Counted from the first letter of the stretch, positions 40,401 to 56,029 are shown. The stretch is DNA of 64,000 nt from Eledone cirrhosa (GCA_964016885.1 OZ024748.1:40734001-40798000); one strand, 5' to 3'. The notes: generated from the sequence alone by a model not told the origin. Translations and numbers: made by a program.

Positions 40401-43400
40401 TCAAGCTAGATGGTGTTACTAACTTTCAAGCTAGATGGTGTTACTAACTTCAAAGCTAGATGGTGTTACTAACTTCAAAGCTAGATGGTGTTACTAACTT
40501 CCAAGCTAGATGGTGTTACTAACTTCCAAGCTAGATGGTGTTACTGACTTCCAAGCTAGATGGTGTTACTAACTTCCAAGCTAGATGGTGTTACTAACTT
40601 TCAAGCTAGATGGTGTTACTAACTTTCAAGCTAGATGGTGTTACTAACTTCCAAGCTAGATGGTGTTACTAACTTTCAAGCTAGATGGTGTTACTAACTT
40701 CAAAGCTAGATGGTGTTACTAACTTCAAGCTAGATGGTGTTACTAACTTTCAAGCTAGATGGTGTTACTAACTTCCAAGCTAGATGGTGTTACTAACTTC
40801 CAAGCTAGATGGTGTTACTAACTTTCAAGCTAGATGGTGTTACTAACTTTCAAGCTAGATGGTGTTACTAACTTCCAAGCTAGATGGTGTTACTACTCCA
40901 AGCTAGATGTGTACTAACTTCCAAGCTAGATGGTGTTACTAACTTTCAAACTAGATGGTGTTACTAACTTTCAAGCTAGATGGTGTTACTAACTTTCAAG
41001 CTAGATGGTGTTACTAACTTCCAAGCTAGATGGTGTTACTAACTTCAAAGCTAGATGGTGTTACTAACTTTCAAGCTAGATGGTGTTACTAACTTCAAAG
41101 CTAGATGGTGTTACTAACTTCCAAGCTAGATGGTGTTACTAACTTTCAAACTAGATGGTGTTACTAACTTTCAAGCTAGATGGTGTTACTAACTTCCAAG
41201 CTAGATGGTGTTACTAACTTTCAAGCTAGATGGTGTTACTAACTTTCAAGCTAGATGGTGTTACTAACTTCCAAGCTAGATGGTGTTACTAACTTCCAAG
41301 CTAGATGGTGTTACTAACTTCCAAGCTAGATGGTATTACTAACTTCCAAGCTAGATGGTGTTACTAACTTCCAAGCTAGATGGTGTTACTAACTTCAAGG
41401 CTAGATGGTGTTACTAACTTTCAAGCTAGATGGTGTTACTAACTTCCAAGCTAGATGGTGTTACTAACTTCAAGGCTAGATGGTGTTACTAACTTTCAAG
41501 CTAGATGGTGTTACTGACTTCCAAGCTAGATGGTGTTACTAACTTCCAAGCTAGATGGTGTTACTAACTTCCAAGCTAGATGGTGTTACTAACTTCAAGG
41601 CTAGATGGTGTTACTAACTTCAAGGCTAGATGGTGTTACTAACTTTCAAGCTAGATGGTATTACTAACTTCAAAGCTAGATGGTGTTACTAACTTCAAAG
41701 CTAGATGGTGTTATTAACTTCCAAGCTAGATGGTGTTACTAACTTTCAAGCTAGATGGTGTTACTAACTTCCAAGCTAGATGGTGTTACTAACTTTCAAG
41801 CTAGATGGTGTTACTAACTTTCAAGCTAGATGGTGTTACTAACTTCCAAGCTAGATGGTGTTACTAACTTCAAAGCTAGATGGTGTTACTAACTTCAAAG
41901 CTAGATGGTGTTACTAACTTCCAAGCTAGATGGTGTTACTAACTTCAAAGCTAGATGGTGTTACTAACTTCAAAGCTAGATGGTGTTACTAACTTTCAGG
42001 CTAGATGGTGTTACTAACTTCCAAGCTACATGGTGTTACTAACTTCAAAGCTAGATGGTGTTACTAACTTCAAAGCTAGATGGTGTTACTAACTTCAAAG
42101 CTAGATGGTGTTACTAACTTCCAAGCTAGATGGTGTTACTGACTTCCAAGCTAGATGGTGTTACTAACTTCCAAGCTAGATGGTGTTACTAACTTTCAAG
42201 CTAGATGGTGTTACTAACTTTCAAGCTAGATGGTATTACTAACTTCAAAGCTAGATGGTGTTACTAACTTCAAAGCTAGATGGTGTTATTAACTTCAAGC
42301 TAGATGGTGTTACTAACTTTCAAGCTAGATGGTGTTACTAACTTCCAAGCTAGATGGTGTTACTAACTTTCAAGCTAGATGGTGTTACTAACTTCAAGCT
42401 AGATGGTGTTACTAACTTCCAAGCTAGATGGTGTTACTAACTTCAAAGCTAGATGGTGTTATTAACTTCCAAGCTAGATGGTGTTACTAACTTCAAAGCT
42501 AGATGGTGTTACTAACTTCAAAGCTAGATGGTGTTACTAACTTCCAAGCAAGATGGTGTTACTGACTTCCAAGCTAGATGGTGTTACTAACTTCCAAGCT
42601 AGATGGTGTTACTAACTTTCAAGCTAGATGGTGTTACTAACTTTCAAGCTAGATGGTGTTACTAACTTCCAAGCTAGATGGTGTTACTAACTTCCAAGCT
42701 AGATGGTGTTACTAACTTTCAAGCTAGATGGTGTTACTAACTTTAAGGCTAGATGGTGTTACTAACTTTCAAGGTAGATGGTGTTACTAACTTCCAAGCT
42801 AGATGGTGTTACTAACTTCAAGGCTAGATGGTGTTACTAACTTTCAAGCTAGATGGTGTTACTGACTTCCAAGCTAGATGGTGTTACTAACTTCCAAGCT
42901 AGATGGTGTTACTAACTTCCAAGCTAGATGGTGTTACTAACTTCAAGGCTAGATGGTGTTACTAACTTCAAGGCTAGATGATGTTACTAACTTTCAAGCT
43001 AGATGGTATTACTAACTTCCAAGCTAGATGGTGTTACTAACTTCAAAGCTAGATGGTGTTACTAACTTCAAGCTAGATGGTGTTACTAACTTCAAAGCTA
43101 GATGGTGTTACTAACTTCAAAGCTAGATGGTGTTACTAACTTCAAAGCTAGATGGTGTTACTAACTTCAAAGCTAGATGGTGTTACTAACTTCAAAGCTA
43201 GATGGTGTTACTAACTTTCAAGCTAGATGGTGTTACTAACTTTCAAGCTAGATGGTGTTACTAACTTCAAAGCTAGATGGTGTTACTAACTTCAAGCTAG
43301 ATGGTGTTACTAACTTCCAAGCTAGATGGTGTTACTAACTTCCAAGCTAGATGGTGTTACTGACTTCCAAGCTAGATGGTGTTACTAACTTCCAAGCTAG

Positions 43401-45360
43401 ATGGTGTTACTAACTTTCAAGCTAGATGGTGTTACTAACTTTCAAGCTAGATGGTGTTACTAACTTCCAAGCTAGATGGTGTTACTAACTTTCAAGCTAG
43501 ATGGTGTTACTAACTTCAAAGCTAGATGGTGTTACTAACTTTCAAGCTAGATGGTGTTACTAACTTTCAAGCTAGATGGTGTTACTAACTTCCAAGCTAG
43601 ATGGTGTTACTAACTTCCAAGCTAGATGGTGTTACTAACTTTCAAGCTAGATGGTGTTACTAACTTTCAAGCTAGATGGTGTTACTAACTTCCAAGCTAG
43701 ATGGTGTTACTAACTTCCAAGCTAGATGGTGTTACTAACTTCCAAGCTAGATGGTGTTACTAACTTTCAAACTAGATGGTGTTACTAACTTTCAAGCTAG
43801 ATGGTGTTACTAACTTCAAGCTAGATGGTGTTACTAACTTCCAAGCTAGATGGTGTTACTAACTTCAAAGCTAGATGGTGTTACTAACTTTCAAGCTAGA
43901 TGGTGTTACTAACTTCAAAGCTAGATGGTGTTACTAACTTCCAAGCTGGATGGTGTTACTAACTTTCAAACTAGATGGTGTTACTAACTTTCAAGCTAGA
44001 TGGTGTTACTAACTTCCAAGCTAGATGGTGTTACTAACTTTCAAGCTAGATGGTGTTACTAACTTTCAAGCTAGATGGTGTTACTAACTTCCAAGCTAGA
44101 TGGTGTTACTAACTTCCAAGCTAGATGGTGTTACTAACTTCCAAGCTAGATGGTATTACTAACTTCCAAGCTAGATGGTGTTACTAACTTCCAAGCTAGA
44201 TGGTGTTACTAACTTCAAGGCTAGATGGTGTTACTAACTTTCAAGCTAGATGGTGTTACTAACTTCCAAGCTAGATGGTGTTACTAACTTCAAGGCTAGA
44301 TGGTGTTACTAACTTTCAAGCTAGATGGTGTTACTGACTTCCAAGCTAGATGGTGTTACTAACTTCCAAGCTAGATGGTGTTACTAACTTCCAAGCTAGA
44401 TGGTGTTACTAACTTCAAGGCTAGATGGTGTTACTAACTTCAAGGCTAGATGGTGTTACTAACTTTCAAGCTAGATGGTATTACTAACTTCAAAGCTAGA
44501 TGGTGTTACTAACTTCAAAGCTAGATGGTGTTATTAACTTCCAAGCTAGATGGTGTTACTAACTTTCAAGCTAGATGGTGTTACTAACTTCCAAGCTAGA
44601 TGGTGTTACTAACTTTCAAGCTAGATGGTGTTACTAACTTTCAAGCTAGATGGTGTTACTAACTTCCAAGCTAGATGGTGTTACTAACTTCAAAGCTAGA
44701 TGGTGTTACTAACTTCAAAGCTAGATGGTGTTACTAACTTCCAAGCTAGATGGTGTTACTAACTTCAAAGCTAGATGGTGTTACTAACTTCAAAGCTAGA
44801 TGGTGTTACTAACTTTCAGGCTAGATGGTGTTACTAACTTCCAAGCTAGATGGTGTTACTAACTTCAAAGCTAGATGGTGTTACTAACTTCAAAGCTAGA
44901 TGGTGTTACTAACTTCAAAGCTAGATGGTGTTACTAACTTCCAAGCTAGATGGTGTTACTGACTTCCAAGCTAGATGGTGTTACTAACTTCCAAGCTAGA
45001 TGGTGTTACTAACTTTCAAGCTAGATGGTGTTACTAACTTTCAAGCTAGATGGTGTTACTAACTTCCAAGCTAGATGGTGTTACTAACTTTCAAGCTAGA
45101 TGGTGTTACTAACTTCAAAGCTAGATGGTGTTACTAACTTTCAAGCTAGATGGTGTTACTAACTTCCAAGCTAGATGGTGTTACTAACTTCCAAGCTAGA
45201 TGGTGTTACTAACTTCAAAGCTAGATGGTGTTACTAACTTTCAAGCTAGATGGTGTTACTAACTTTCAAGCTAGATGGTGTTACTAACTTCCAAGCTAGA
45301 TGGTGTTACTAACTTCCAAGCTAGATGGTGTTACTAACTTCCAAGCTAGATGGTGTTACT

Positions 45361-48300
45361 AACTTCCAAGCTAGATGGTGTTACTAACTTTCAAGCTAGA
45401 TGGTGTTACTAACTTTCAAGCTAGATGGTGTTACTAACTTCCAAGCTAGATGGTGTTACTAACTTCCAAGCTAGATGGTGTTACTAACTTCCAAGCTAGA
45501 TGGTATTACTAACTTCCAAGCTAGATGGTGTTACTAACTTCCAAGCTAGATGGTGTTACTAACTTCAAGGCTAGATGGTGTTACTAACTTTCAAGCTAGA
45601 TGGTGTTACTAACTTCCAAGCTAGATGGTGTTACTAACTTCAAGGCTAGATGGTGTTACTAACTTTCAAGCTAGATGGTGTTACTGACTTCCAAGCTAGA
45701 TGGTGTTACTAACTTCCAAGCTAGATGGTGTTACTAACTTCCAAGCTAGATGGTGTTACTAACTTCAAGGCTAGATGGTGTTACTAACTTCAAGGCTAGA
45801 TGGTGTTACTAACTTTCAAGCTAGATGGTATTACTAACTTCAAAGCTAGATGGTGTTACTAACTTCAAAGCTAGATGGTGTTATTAACTTCCAAGCTAGA
45901 TGGTGTTACTAACTTTCAAGCTAGATGGTGTTACTAACTTCCAAGCTAGATGGTGTTACTAACTTTCAAGCTAGATGGTGTTACTAACTTTCAAGCTAGA
46001 TGGTGTTACTAACTTCCAAGCTAGATGGTGTTACTAACTTCAAAGCTAGATGGTGTTACTAACTTCAAAGCTAGATGGTGTTACTAACTTCCAAGCTAGA
46101 TGGTGTTACTAACTTCAAAGCTAGATGGTGTTACTAACTTCAAAGCTAGATGGTGTTACTAACTTTCAGGCTAGATGGTGTTACTAACTTCCAAGCTAGA
46201 TGGTGTTACTAACTTCAAAGCTAGATGGTGTTACTAACTTCAAAGCTAGATGGTGTTACTAACTTCAAAGCTAGATGGTGTTACTAACTTCCAAGCTAGA
46301 TGGTGTTACTGACTTCCAAGCTAGATGGTGTTACTAACTTCCAAGCTAGATGGTGTTACTAACTTTCAAGCTAGATGGTGTTACTAACTTTCAAGCTAGA
46401 TGGTGTTACTAACTTCCAAGCTAGATGGTGTTACTAACTTTCAAGCTAGATGGTGTTACTAACTTCAAAGCTAGATGGTGTTACTAACTTTCAAGCTAGA
46501 TGGTGTTACTAACTTCCAAGCTAGATGGTGTTACTAACTTCCAAGCTAGATGGTGTTACTAACTTCAAAGCTAGATGGTGTTACTAACTTTCAAGCTAGA
46601 TGGTGTTACTAACTTTCAAGCTAGATGGTGTTACTAACTTCCAAGCTAGATGGTGTTACTAACTTCCAAGCTAGATGGTGTTACTAACTTCCAAGCTAGA
46701 TGGTGTTACTAACTTTCAAACTAGATGGTGTTACTAACTTTCAAGGTAGATGGTGTTACTAACTTTCAAGCTAGATGGTGTTACTAACTTCCAAGCTAGA
46801 TGGTGTTACTAACTTCAAAGCTAGATGGTGTTACTAACTTTCAAGCTAGATGGTGTTACTAACTTCAAAGCTAGATGGTGTTACTAACTTCCAAGCTAGA
46901 TGGTGTTACTAACTTTCAAACTAGATGGTGTTACTAACTTTCAAGGTAGATGGTGTTACTAACTTCCAAGCTAGATGGTGTTACTAACTTTCGAGCTAGA
47001 TGGTGTTACTAACTTCCAAGCTAGATGGTGTTACTAACTTCAAAGCTAGATGGTGTTACTAACTTCAAAGCTAGATGGTGTTACTAACTTTCAAGCTAGA
47101 TGGTGTTACTAACTTTCAAGCTAGATGGTGTTACTAACTTCCAAGCTAGATGGTGTTACTAACTTCAAAGCTAGATGGTGTTATTAACTTACAAGCTAGA
47201 TGGTGTTACTAACTTCCAAGCTAGATGGTGTTACTAACTTCCAAGCTAGATAGTGTTACTAACTTTCAAGCTAGATGGTGTTACTAACTTTCAAGCTAGA
47301 TGGTGTTACTAACTTCCAAGCTAGATGGTGTTACTAACTTTCAAGCTAGATGGTGTTACTAACTTCCACGCTAGATGGTGTTACTAACTTTCAAGCTAGA
47401 TGGTGTTACTAACTTTCAAGCTAGATGGTGTTACTAACTTCAAAGCTAGATGGTGTTACTAACTTCAAAGCTAGATGGTGTTACTAACTTCAAAGCTAGA
47501 TGGTGTTACTAACTTTCAAGCTAGATGGTGTTACTAACTTCAAAGCTAGATGGTGTTACTAACTTCCAAGCTAGATGGTGTTACTAACTTTCAAACTAGA
47601 TGGTGTTACTAACTTTCAAGGTAGATGGTGTTACTAACTTCCAAGCTAGATGGTGTTACTAACTTTCGAGCTAGATGGTGTTACTAACTTCCAAGCTAGA
47701 TGGTGTTACTAACTTCCAAGCTAGATGGTGTTACTAACTTTCAAGCTAAATGGTGTTACTAACTTTCAAGCTAGATGGTGTTACTAACTTCCAAGCTAGA
47801 TGGTGTTACTAACTTCAAAGCTAGATGGTGTTATTAACTTCCAAGCTAGATGGTGTTACTAACTTCCAAGCTAGATGGTGTTACTAACTTCCAAGCTAGA
47901 TAGTGTTACTAACTTTCAAGCTAGATGGTGTTACTAACTTTCAAGCTAGATGGTGTTACTAACTTCCAAGCTAGATGGTGTTACTAACTTTCAAGCTAGA
48001 TGGTGTTACTAACTTTCAAGCTAGATGGTGTTACTAACTTTCAAGCTAGATGGTGTTACTAACTTTCAAGCTAGATGGTGTTACTAACTTTCAAGCTAGA
48101 TGGTGTTACTAACTTCCAAGCTAGATGGTGTTACTAACTTCAAAGCTAGATGGTGTTATTAACTTCCAAGCTAGATGGTGTTACTAACTTCCAAGCTAGA
48201 TGGTGTTACTAACTTCCAAGCTAGATAGTGTTACTAACTTTCAAGCTAGATGGTGTTACTAACTTTCAAGCTAGATGGTGTTACTAACTTTCAAGCTAGA

Positions 48301-51300
48301 TGGTGTTACTAACTTCCAAGCTAGATGGTGTTACTAACTTCAAAGCTAGATGGTGTTATTAACTTCCAAGCTAGATGGTGTTACTAACTTCAAGGCTAGA
48401 TGGTGTTACTAACTTCAAGGCTAGATGGTGTTACTAACTTTCAAGCTAGATGGTATTACTAACTTCAAAGCTAGATGGTGTTACTAACTTCAAAGCTAGA
48501 TGGTGTTATTAACTTCCAAGCTAGATGGTGTTACTAACTTTCAAGCTAGATGGTGTTACTAACTTCCAAGCTAGATGGTGTTACTAACTTTCAAGCTAGA
48601 TGGTGTTACTAACTTTCAAGCTAGATGGTGTTACTAACTTCCAAGCTAGATGGTGTTACTAACTTCAAAGCTAGATGGTGTTACTAACTTCCAAGCTAGA
48701 TGGTGTTACTAACTTCCAAGCTAGATGGTGTTACTAACTTCAAAGCTAGATGGTGTTACTAACTTCAAAGCTAGATGGTGTTACTAACTTTCAAGCTAGA
48801 TGGTGTTACTAACTTTCAAGCTAGATGGTGTTACTAACTTCAAAGCTAGATGGTGTTATTAACTTCCAAGCTAGATGGTGTTACTAACTTTCAAGCTAGA
48901 TGGTGTTACTAACTTCCAAGCTAGATGGTGTTACTAACTTTCAAGCTAGATGGTGTTACTAACTTTCAAGCTAGATGGTGTTACTAACTTCCAAGCTAGA
49001 TGGTGTTACTAACTTCAAAGCTAGATGGTGTTACTAACTTCAAAGCTAGATGGTGTTACTAACTTCCAAGCTAGATGGTGTTACTAACTTCAAAGCTAGA
49101 TGGTGTTACTAACTTCAAAGCTAGATGGTGTTACTAACTTTCAGGCTAGATGGTGTTACTAACTTCCAAGCTAGATGGTGTTACTAACTTCAAAGCTAGA
49201 TGGTGTTACTAACTTCAAAGCTAGATGGTGTTACTAACTTCAAAGCTAGATGGTGTTACTAACTTCCAAGCTAGATGGTGTTACTGACTTCCAAGCTAGA
49301 TGGTGTTACTAACTTCCAAGCTAGATGGTGTTACTAACTTTCAAGCTAGATGGTGTTACTAACTTTCAAGCTAGATGGTGTTACTAACTTCCAAGCTAGA
49401 TGGTGTTACTAACTTTCAAGCTAGATGGTGTTACTAACTTCAAAGCTAGATGGTGTTACTAACTTTCAAGCTAGATGGTGTTACTAACTTCCAAGCTAGA
49501 TGGTGTTACTAACTTCCAAGCTAGATGGTGTTACTAACTTCAAAGCTAGATGCTGTTACTAACTTTCAAGCTAGATGGTGTTACTAACTTTCAAGCTAGA
49601 TGGTGTTACTAACTTCCAAGCTAGATGGTGTTACTAACTTCCAAGCTAGATGGTGTTACTAACTTCCAAGCTAGATGGTGTTACTAACTTCCAAGCTAGA
49701 TGGTGTTACTAACTTTCAAGCTAGATGGTGTTACTAACTTTCAAGCTAGATGGTGTTACTAACTTCCAAGCTAGATGGTGTTACTAACTTCCAAGCTAGA
49801 TGGTGTTACTAACTTCCAAGCTAGATGGTATTACTAACTTCCAAGCTAGATGGTGTTACTAACTTCCAAGCTAGATGGTGTTACTAACTTCAAGGCTAGA
49901 TGGTGTTACTAACTTTCAAGCTAGATGGTGTTACTAACTTCCAAGCTAGATGGTGTTACTAACTTCAAGGCTAGATGGTGTTACTAACTTTCAAGCTAGA
50001 TGGTGTTACTGACTTCCAAGCTAGATGGTGTTACTAACTTCCAAGCTAGATGGTGTTACTAACTTCCAAGCTAGATGGTGTTACTAACTTCAAGGCTAGA
50101 TGGTGTTACTAACTTCAAGGCTAGATGGTGTTACTAATTTTCAAGCTAGATGGTATTACTAACTTCAAAGCTAGATGGTGTTACTAACTTCAAAGCTAGA
50201 TGGTGTTATTAACTTCCAAGCTAGATGGTGTTACTAACTTTCAAGCTAGATGGTGTTACTAACTTCCAAGCTAGATGGTGTTACTAACTTTCAAGCTAGA
50301 TGGTGTTACTAACTTTCAAGCTAGATGGTGTTACTAACTTCCAAGCTAGATGGTGTTACTAACTTCAAAGCTAGATGGTGTTACTAACTTCAAAGCTAGA
50401 TGGTGTTACTAACTTCCAAGCTAGATGGTGTTACTAACTTCAAAGCTAGATGGTGTTACTAACTTCAAAGCTAGATGGTGTTACTAACTTTCAGGCTAGA
50501 TGGTGTTACTAACTTCCAAGCTAGATGGTGTTACTAACTTCAAAGCTAGATGGTGTTACTAACTTCAAAGCTAGATGGTGTTACTAACTTCAAAGCTAGA
50601 TGGTGTTACTAACTTCCAAGCTAGATGGTGTTACTGACTTCCAAGCTAGATGGTGTTACTAACTTCCAAGCTAGATGGTGTTACTAACTTTCAAGCTAGA
50701 TGGTGTTACTAACTTTCAAGCTAGATGGTGTTACTAACTTCCAAGCTAGATGGTGTTACTAACTTTCAAGCTAGATGGTGTTACTAACTTCAAAGCTAGA
50801 TGGTGTTACTAACTTTCAAGCTAGATGGTGTTACTAACTTCCAAGCTAGATGGTGTTACTAACTTCCAAGCTAGATGGTGTTACTAACTTCAAAGCTAGA
50901 TGGTGTTACTAACTTTCAAGCTAGATGGTGTTACTAACTTTCAAGCTAGATGGTGTTACTAACTTCCAAGCTAGATGGTGTTACTAACTTCCAAGCTAGA
51001 TGGTGTTACTAACTTCCAAGCTAGATGGTGTTACTAACTTTCAAACTAGATGGTGTTACTAACTTTCAAGGTAGATGGTGTTACTAACTTTCAAGCTAGA
51101 TGGTGTTACTAACTTCCAAGCTAGATGGTGTTACTAACTTCAAAGCTAGATGGTGTTACTAACTTTCAAGCTAGATGGTGTTACTAACTTCAAAGCTAGA
51201 TGGTGTTACTAACTTCCAAGCTAGATGGTGTTACTAACTTTCAAACTAGATGGTGTTACTAACTTTCAAGGTAGATGGTGTTACTAACTTCCAAGCTAGA

Positions 51301-54300
51301 TGGTGTTACTAACTTTCGAGCTAGATGGTGTTACTAACTTCCAAGCTAGATGGTGTTACTAACTTCAAAGCTAGATGGTGTTACTAACTTCAAAGCTAGA
51401 TGGTGTTACTAACTTTCAAGCTAGATGGTGTTACTAACTTTCAAGCTAGATGGTGTTACTAACTTCCAAGCTAGATGGTGTTACTAACTTCAAAGCTAGA
51501 TGGTGTTATTAACTTACAAGCTAGATGGTGTTACTAACTTCCAAGCTAGATGGTGTTACTAACTTCCAAGCTAGATAGTGTTACTAACTTTCAAGCTAGA
51601 TGGTGTTACTAACTTTCAAGCTAGATGGTGTTACTAACTTCCAAGCTAGATGGTGTTACTAACTTCCAAGCTAGATGGTGTTACTAACTTTCAAGCTAGA
51701 TGGTGTTACTAACTTTCAAGCTAGATGGTGTTACTAACTTCCAAGCTAGATGGTGTTACTAACTTCCAAGCTAGATGGTGTTACTAACTTCCAAGCTAGA
51801 TGGTATTACTAACTTCCAAGCTAGATGGTGTTACTAACTTCCAAGCTAGATGGTGTTACTAACTTCAAGGCTAGATGGTGTTACTAACTTTCAAGCTAGA
51901 TGGTGTTACTAACTTCCAAGCTAGATGGTGTTACTAACTTCAAGGCTAGATGGTGTTACTAACTTTCAAGCTAGATGGTGTTACTGACTTCCAAGCTAGA
52001 TGGTGTTACTAACTTCCAAGCTAGATGGTGTTACTAACTTCCAAGCTAGATGGTGTTACTAACTTCAAGGCTAGATGGTGTTACTAACTTCAAGGCTAGA
52101 TGGTGTTACTAACTTTCAAGCTAGATGGTATTACTAACTTCAAAGCTAGATGGTGTTACTAACTTCAAAGCTAGATGGTGTTATTAACTTCCAAGCTAGA
52201 TGGTGTTACTAACTTTCAAGCTAGATGGTGTTACTAACTTCCAAGCTAGATGGTGTTACTAACTTTCAAGCTAGATGGTGTTACTAACTTTCAAGCTAGA
52301 TGGTGTTACTAACTTCCAAGCTAGATGGTGTTACTAACTTCAAAGCTAGATGGTGTTACTAACTTCAAAGCTAGATGGTGTTACTAACTTCCAAGCTAGA
52401 TGGTGTTACTAACTTCAAAGCTAGATGGTGTTACTAACTTCAAAGCTAGATGGTGTTACTAACTTTCAGGCTAGATGGTGTTACTAACTTCCAAGCTAGA
52501 TGGTGTTACTAACTTCAAAGCTAGATGGTGTTACTAACTTCAAAGCTAGATGGTGTTACTAACTTCAAAGCTAGATGGTGTTACTAACTTCCAAGCTAGA
52601 TGGTGTTACTGACTTCCAAGCTAGATGGTGTTACTAACTTCCAAGCTAGATGGTGTTACTAACTTTCAAGCTAGATGGTGTTACTAACTTTCAAGCTAGA
52701 TGGTGTTACTAACTTCCAAGCTAGATGGTGTTACTAACTTTCAAGCTAGATGGTGTTACTAACTTCAAAGCTAGATGGTGTTACTAACTTTCAAGCTAGA
52801 TGGTGTTACTAACTTCCAAGCTAGATGGTGTTACTAACTTCCAAGCTAGATGGTGTTACTAACTTCAAAGCTAGATGGTGTTACTAACTTTCAAGCTAGA
52901 TGGTGTTACTAACTTTCAAGCTAGATGGTGTTACTAACTTCCAAGCTAGATGGTGTTACTAACTTCCAAGCTAGATGGTGTTACTAACTTCCAAGCTAGA
53001 TGGTGTTACTAACTTTCAAACTAGATGGTGTTACTAACTTTCAAGGTAGATGGTGTTACTAACTTTCAAGCTAGATGGTGTTACTAACTTCCAAGCTAGA
53101 TGGTGTTACTAACTTCAAAGCTAGATGGTGTTACTAACTTTCAAGCTAGATGGTGTTACTAACTTCAAAGCTAGATGGTGTTACTAACTTCCAAGCTAGA
53201 TGGTGTTACTAACTTTCAAACTAGATGGTGTTACTAACTTTCAAGGTAGATGGTGTTACTAACTTCCAAGCTAGATGGTGTTACTAACTTTCGAGCTAGA
53301 TGGTGTTACTAACTTCCAAGCTAGATGGTGTTACTAACTTCAAAGCTAGATGGTGTTACTAACTTCAAAGCTAGATGGTGTTACTAACTTTCAAGCTAGA
53401 TGGTGTTACTAACTTTCAAGCTAGATGGTGTTACTAACTTCCAAGCTAGATGGTGTTACTAACTTCAAAGCTAGATGGTGTTATTAACTTACAAGCTAGA
53501 TGGTGTTACTAACTTCCAAGCTAGATGGTGTTACTAACTTCCAAGCTAGATAGTGTTACTAACTTTCAAGCTAGATGGTGTTACTAACTTTCAAGCTAGA
53601 TGGTGTTACTAACTTCCAAGCTAGATGGTGTTACTAACTTTCAAGCTAGATGGTGTTACTAACTTCCACGCTAGATGGTGTTACTAACTTTCAAGCTAGA
53701 TGGTGTTACTAACTTTCAAGCTAGATGGTGTTACTAACTTCAAAGCTAGATGGTGTTACTAACTTCAAAGCTAGATGGTGTTACTAACTTCAAAGCTAGA
53801 TGGTGTTACTAACTTTCAAGCTAGATGGTGTTACTAACTTCAAAGCTAGATGGTGTTACTAACTTCCAAGCTAGATGGTGTTACTAACTTTCAAACTAGA
53901 TGGTGTTACTAACTTTCAAGGTAGATGGTGTTACTAACTTCCAAGCTAGATGGTGTTACTAACTTTCGAGCTAGATGGTGTTACTAACTTCCAAGCTAGA
54001 TGGTGTTACTAACTTCCAAGCTAGATGGTGTTACTAACTTTCAAGCTAAATGGTGTTACTAACTTTCAAGCTAGATGGTGTTACTAACTTCCAAGCTAGA
54101 TGGTGTTACTAACTTCAAAGCTAGATGGTGTTATTAACTTCCAAGCTAGATGGTGTTACTAACTTCCAAGCTAGATGGTGTTACTAACTTCCAAGCTAGA
54201 TAGTGTTACTAACTTTCAAGCTAGATGGTGTTACTAACTTTCAAGCTAGATGGTGTTACTAACTTCCAAGCTAGATGGTGTTACTAACTTTCAAGCTAGA

Positions 54301-55150
54301 TGGTGTTACTAACTTTCAAGCTAGATGGTGTTACTAACTTTCAAGCTAGATGGTGTTACTAACTTTCAAGCTAGATGGTGTTACTAACTTTCAAGCTAGA
54401 TGGTGTTACTAACTTCCAAGCTAGATGGTGTTACTAACTTCAAAGCTAGATGGTGTTATTAACTTCCAAGCTAGATGGTGTTACTAACTTCCAAGCTAGA
54501 TGGTGTTACTAACTTCCAAGCTAGATAGTGTTACTAACTTTCAAGCTAGATGGTGTTACTAACTTTCAAGCTAGATGGTGTTACTAACTTTCAAGCTAGA
54601 TGGTGTTACTAACTTCCAAGCTAGATGGTGTTACTAACTTCAAAGCTAGATGGTGTTATTAACTTCCAAGCTAGATGGTGTTACTAACTTCAAGGCTAGA
54701 TGGTGTTACTAACTTCAAGGCTAGATGGTGTTACTAACTTTCAAGCTAGATGGTATTACTAACTTCAAAGCTAGATGGTGTTACTAACTTCAAAGCTAGA
54801 TGGTGTTATTAACTTCCAAGCTAGATGGTGTTACTAACTTTCAAGCTAGATGGTGTTACTAACTTCCAAGCTAGATGGTGTTACTAACTTTCAAGCTAGA
54901 TGGTGTTACTAACTTTCAAGCTAGATGGTGTTACTAACTTCCAAGCTAGATGGTGTTACTAACTTCAAAGCTAGATGGTGTTACTAACTTCCAAGCTAGA
55001 TGGTGTTACTAACTTCCAAGCTAGATGGTGTTACTAACTTCAAAGCTAGATGGTGTTACTAACTTCAAAGCTAGATGGTGTTACTAACTTTCAAGCTAGA
55101 TGGTGTTACTAACTTTCAAGCTAGATGGTGTTACTAACTTCAAAGCTAGA
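45361..55150. repeat. Higher-order duplication in array B: block about 45361-48850 repeated at about 51661-55150 (offset 6300 = 252 monomers)
   Basis: The lines I compared match (45361/51661, 46681/52981, 48781/55081). Rare AACTTACAAG (47191/53491) and CCACG (47366/53666) are both at offset 6300. Confidence 0.9.
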
Positions 55151-56029
55151 TGGTGTTACTAACTTCAAAGCTAGATGGTGTTACTAACTTCAAAGCTAGA
55201 TGGTGTTACTAACTTCCAAGCTAGATGGTGTTACTGACTTCCAAGCTAGATGGTGTTACTAACTTCCAAGCTAGATGGTGTTACTAACTTTCAAGCTAGA
55301 TGGTGTTACTAACTTTCAAGCTAGATGGTGTTACTAACTTCCAAGCTAGATGGTGTTACTAACTTCAAGGCTAGATGGTGTTACTAACTTTCAAGCTAGA
55401 TGGTGTTACTGACTTCCAAGCTAGATGGTGTTACTAACTTCCAAGCTAGATGGTGTTACTAACTTCCAAGCTAGATGGTGTTACTAACTTCAAGGCTAGA
55501 TGGTGTTACTAACTTCAAGGCTAGATGGTGTTACTAACTTTCAAGCTAGATGGTATTACTAACTTCAAAGCTAGATGGTGTTACTACCTTCAAAGCTAGA
55601 TGGTGTTATTAACTTCCAAGCTAGATGGTGTTACTAACTTTCAAGCTAGATGGTGTTACTAACTTCCAAGCTAGATGGTGTTACTAACTTTCAAGCTAGA
55701 TGGTGTTACTAACTTTCAAGCTAGATGGTGTTACTAACTTCCAAGCTAGATGGTGTTACTAACTTCAAAGCTAGATGGTGTTACTAACTTCAAAGCTAGA
55801 TGGTGTTACTAACTTCAAAGCTAGATGGTGTTACTAACTTCCAAGCTAGATGGTGTTACTAACTTCAAAGCTAGATGGTGTTACTAACTTCAAAGCTAGA
55901 TGGTGTTACTAACTTTCAAGCTAGATGGTGTTACTAACTTTCAAGCTAGATGGTGTTATTAACTTCAAAGCTAGATGGTGTTACTAAATTCAAAGCTAGA
56001 TGGTGTTACTAACTTCAAAGCTAGATGGT

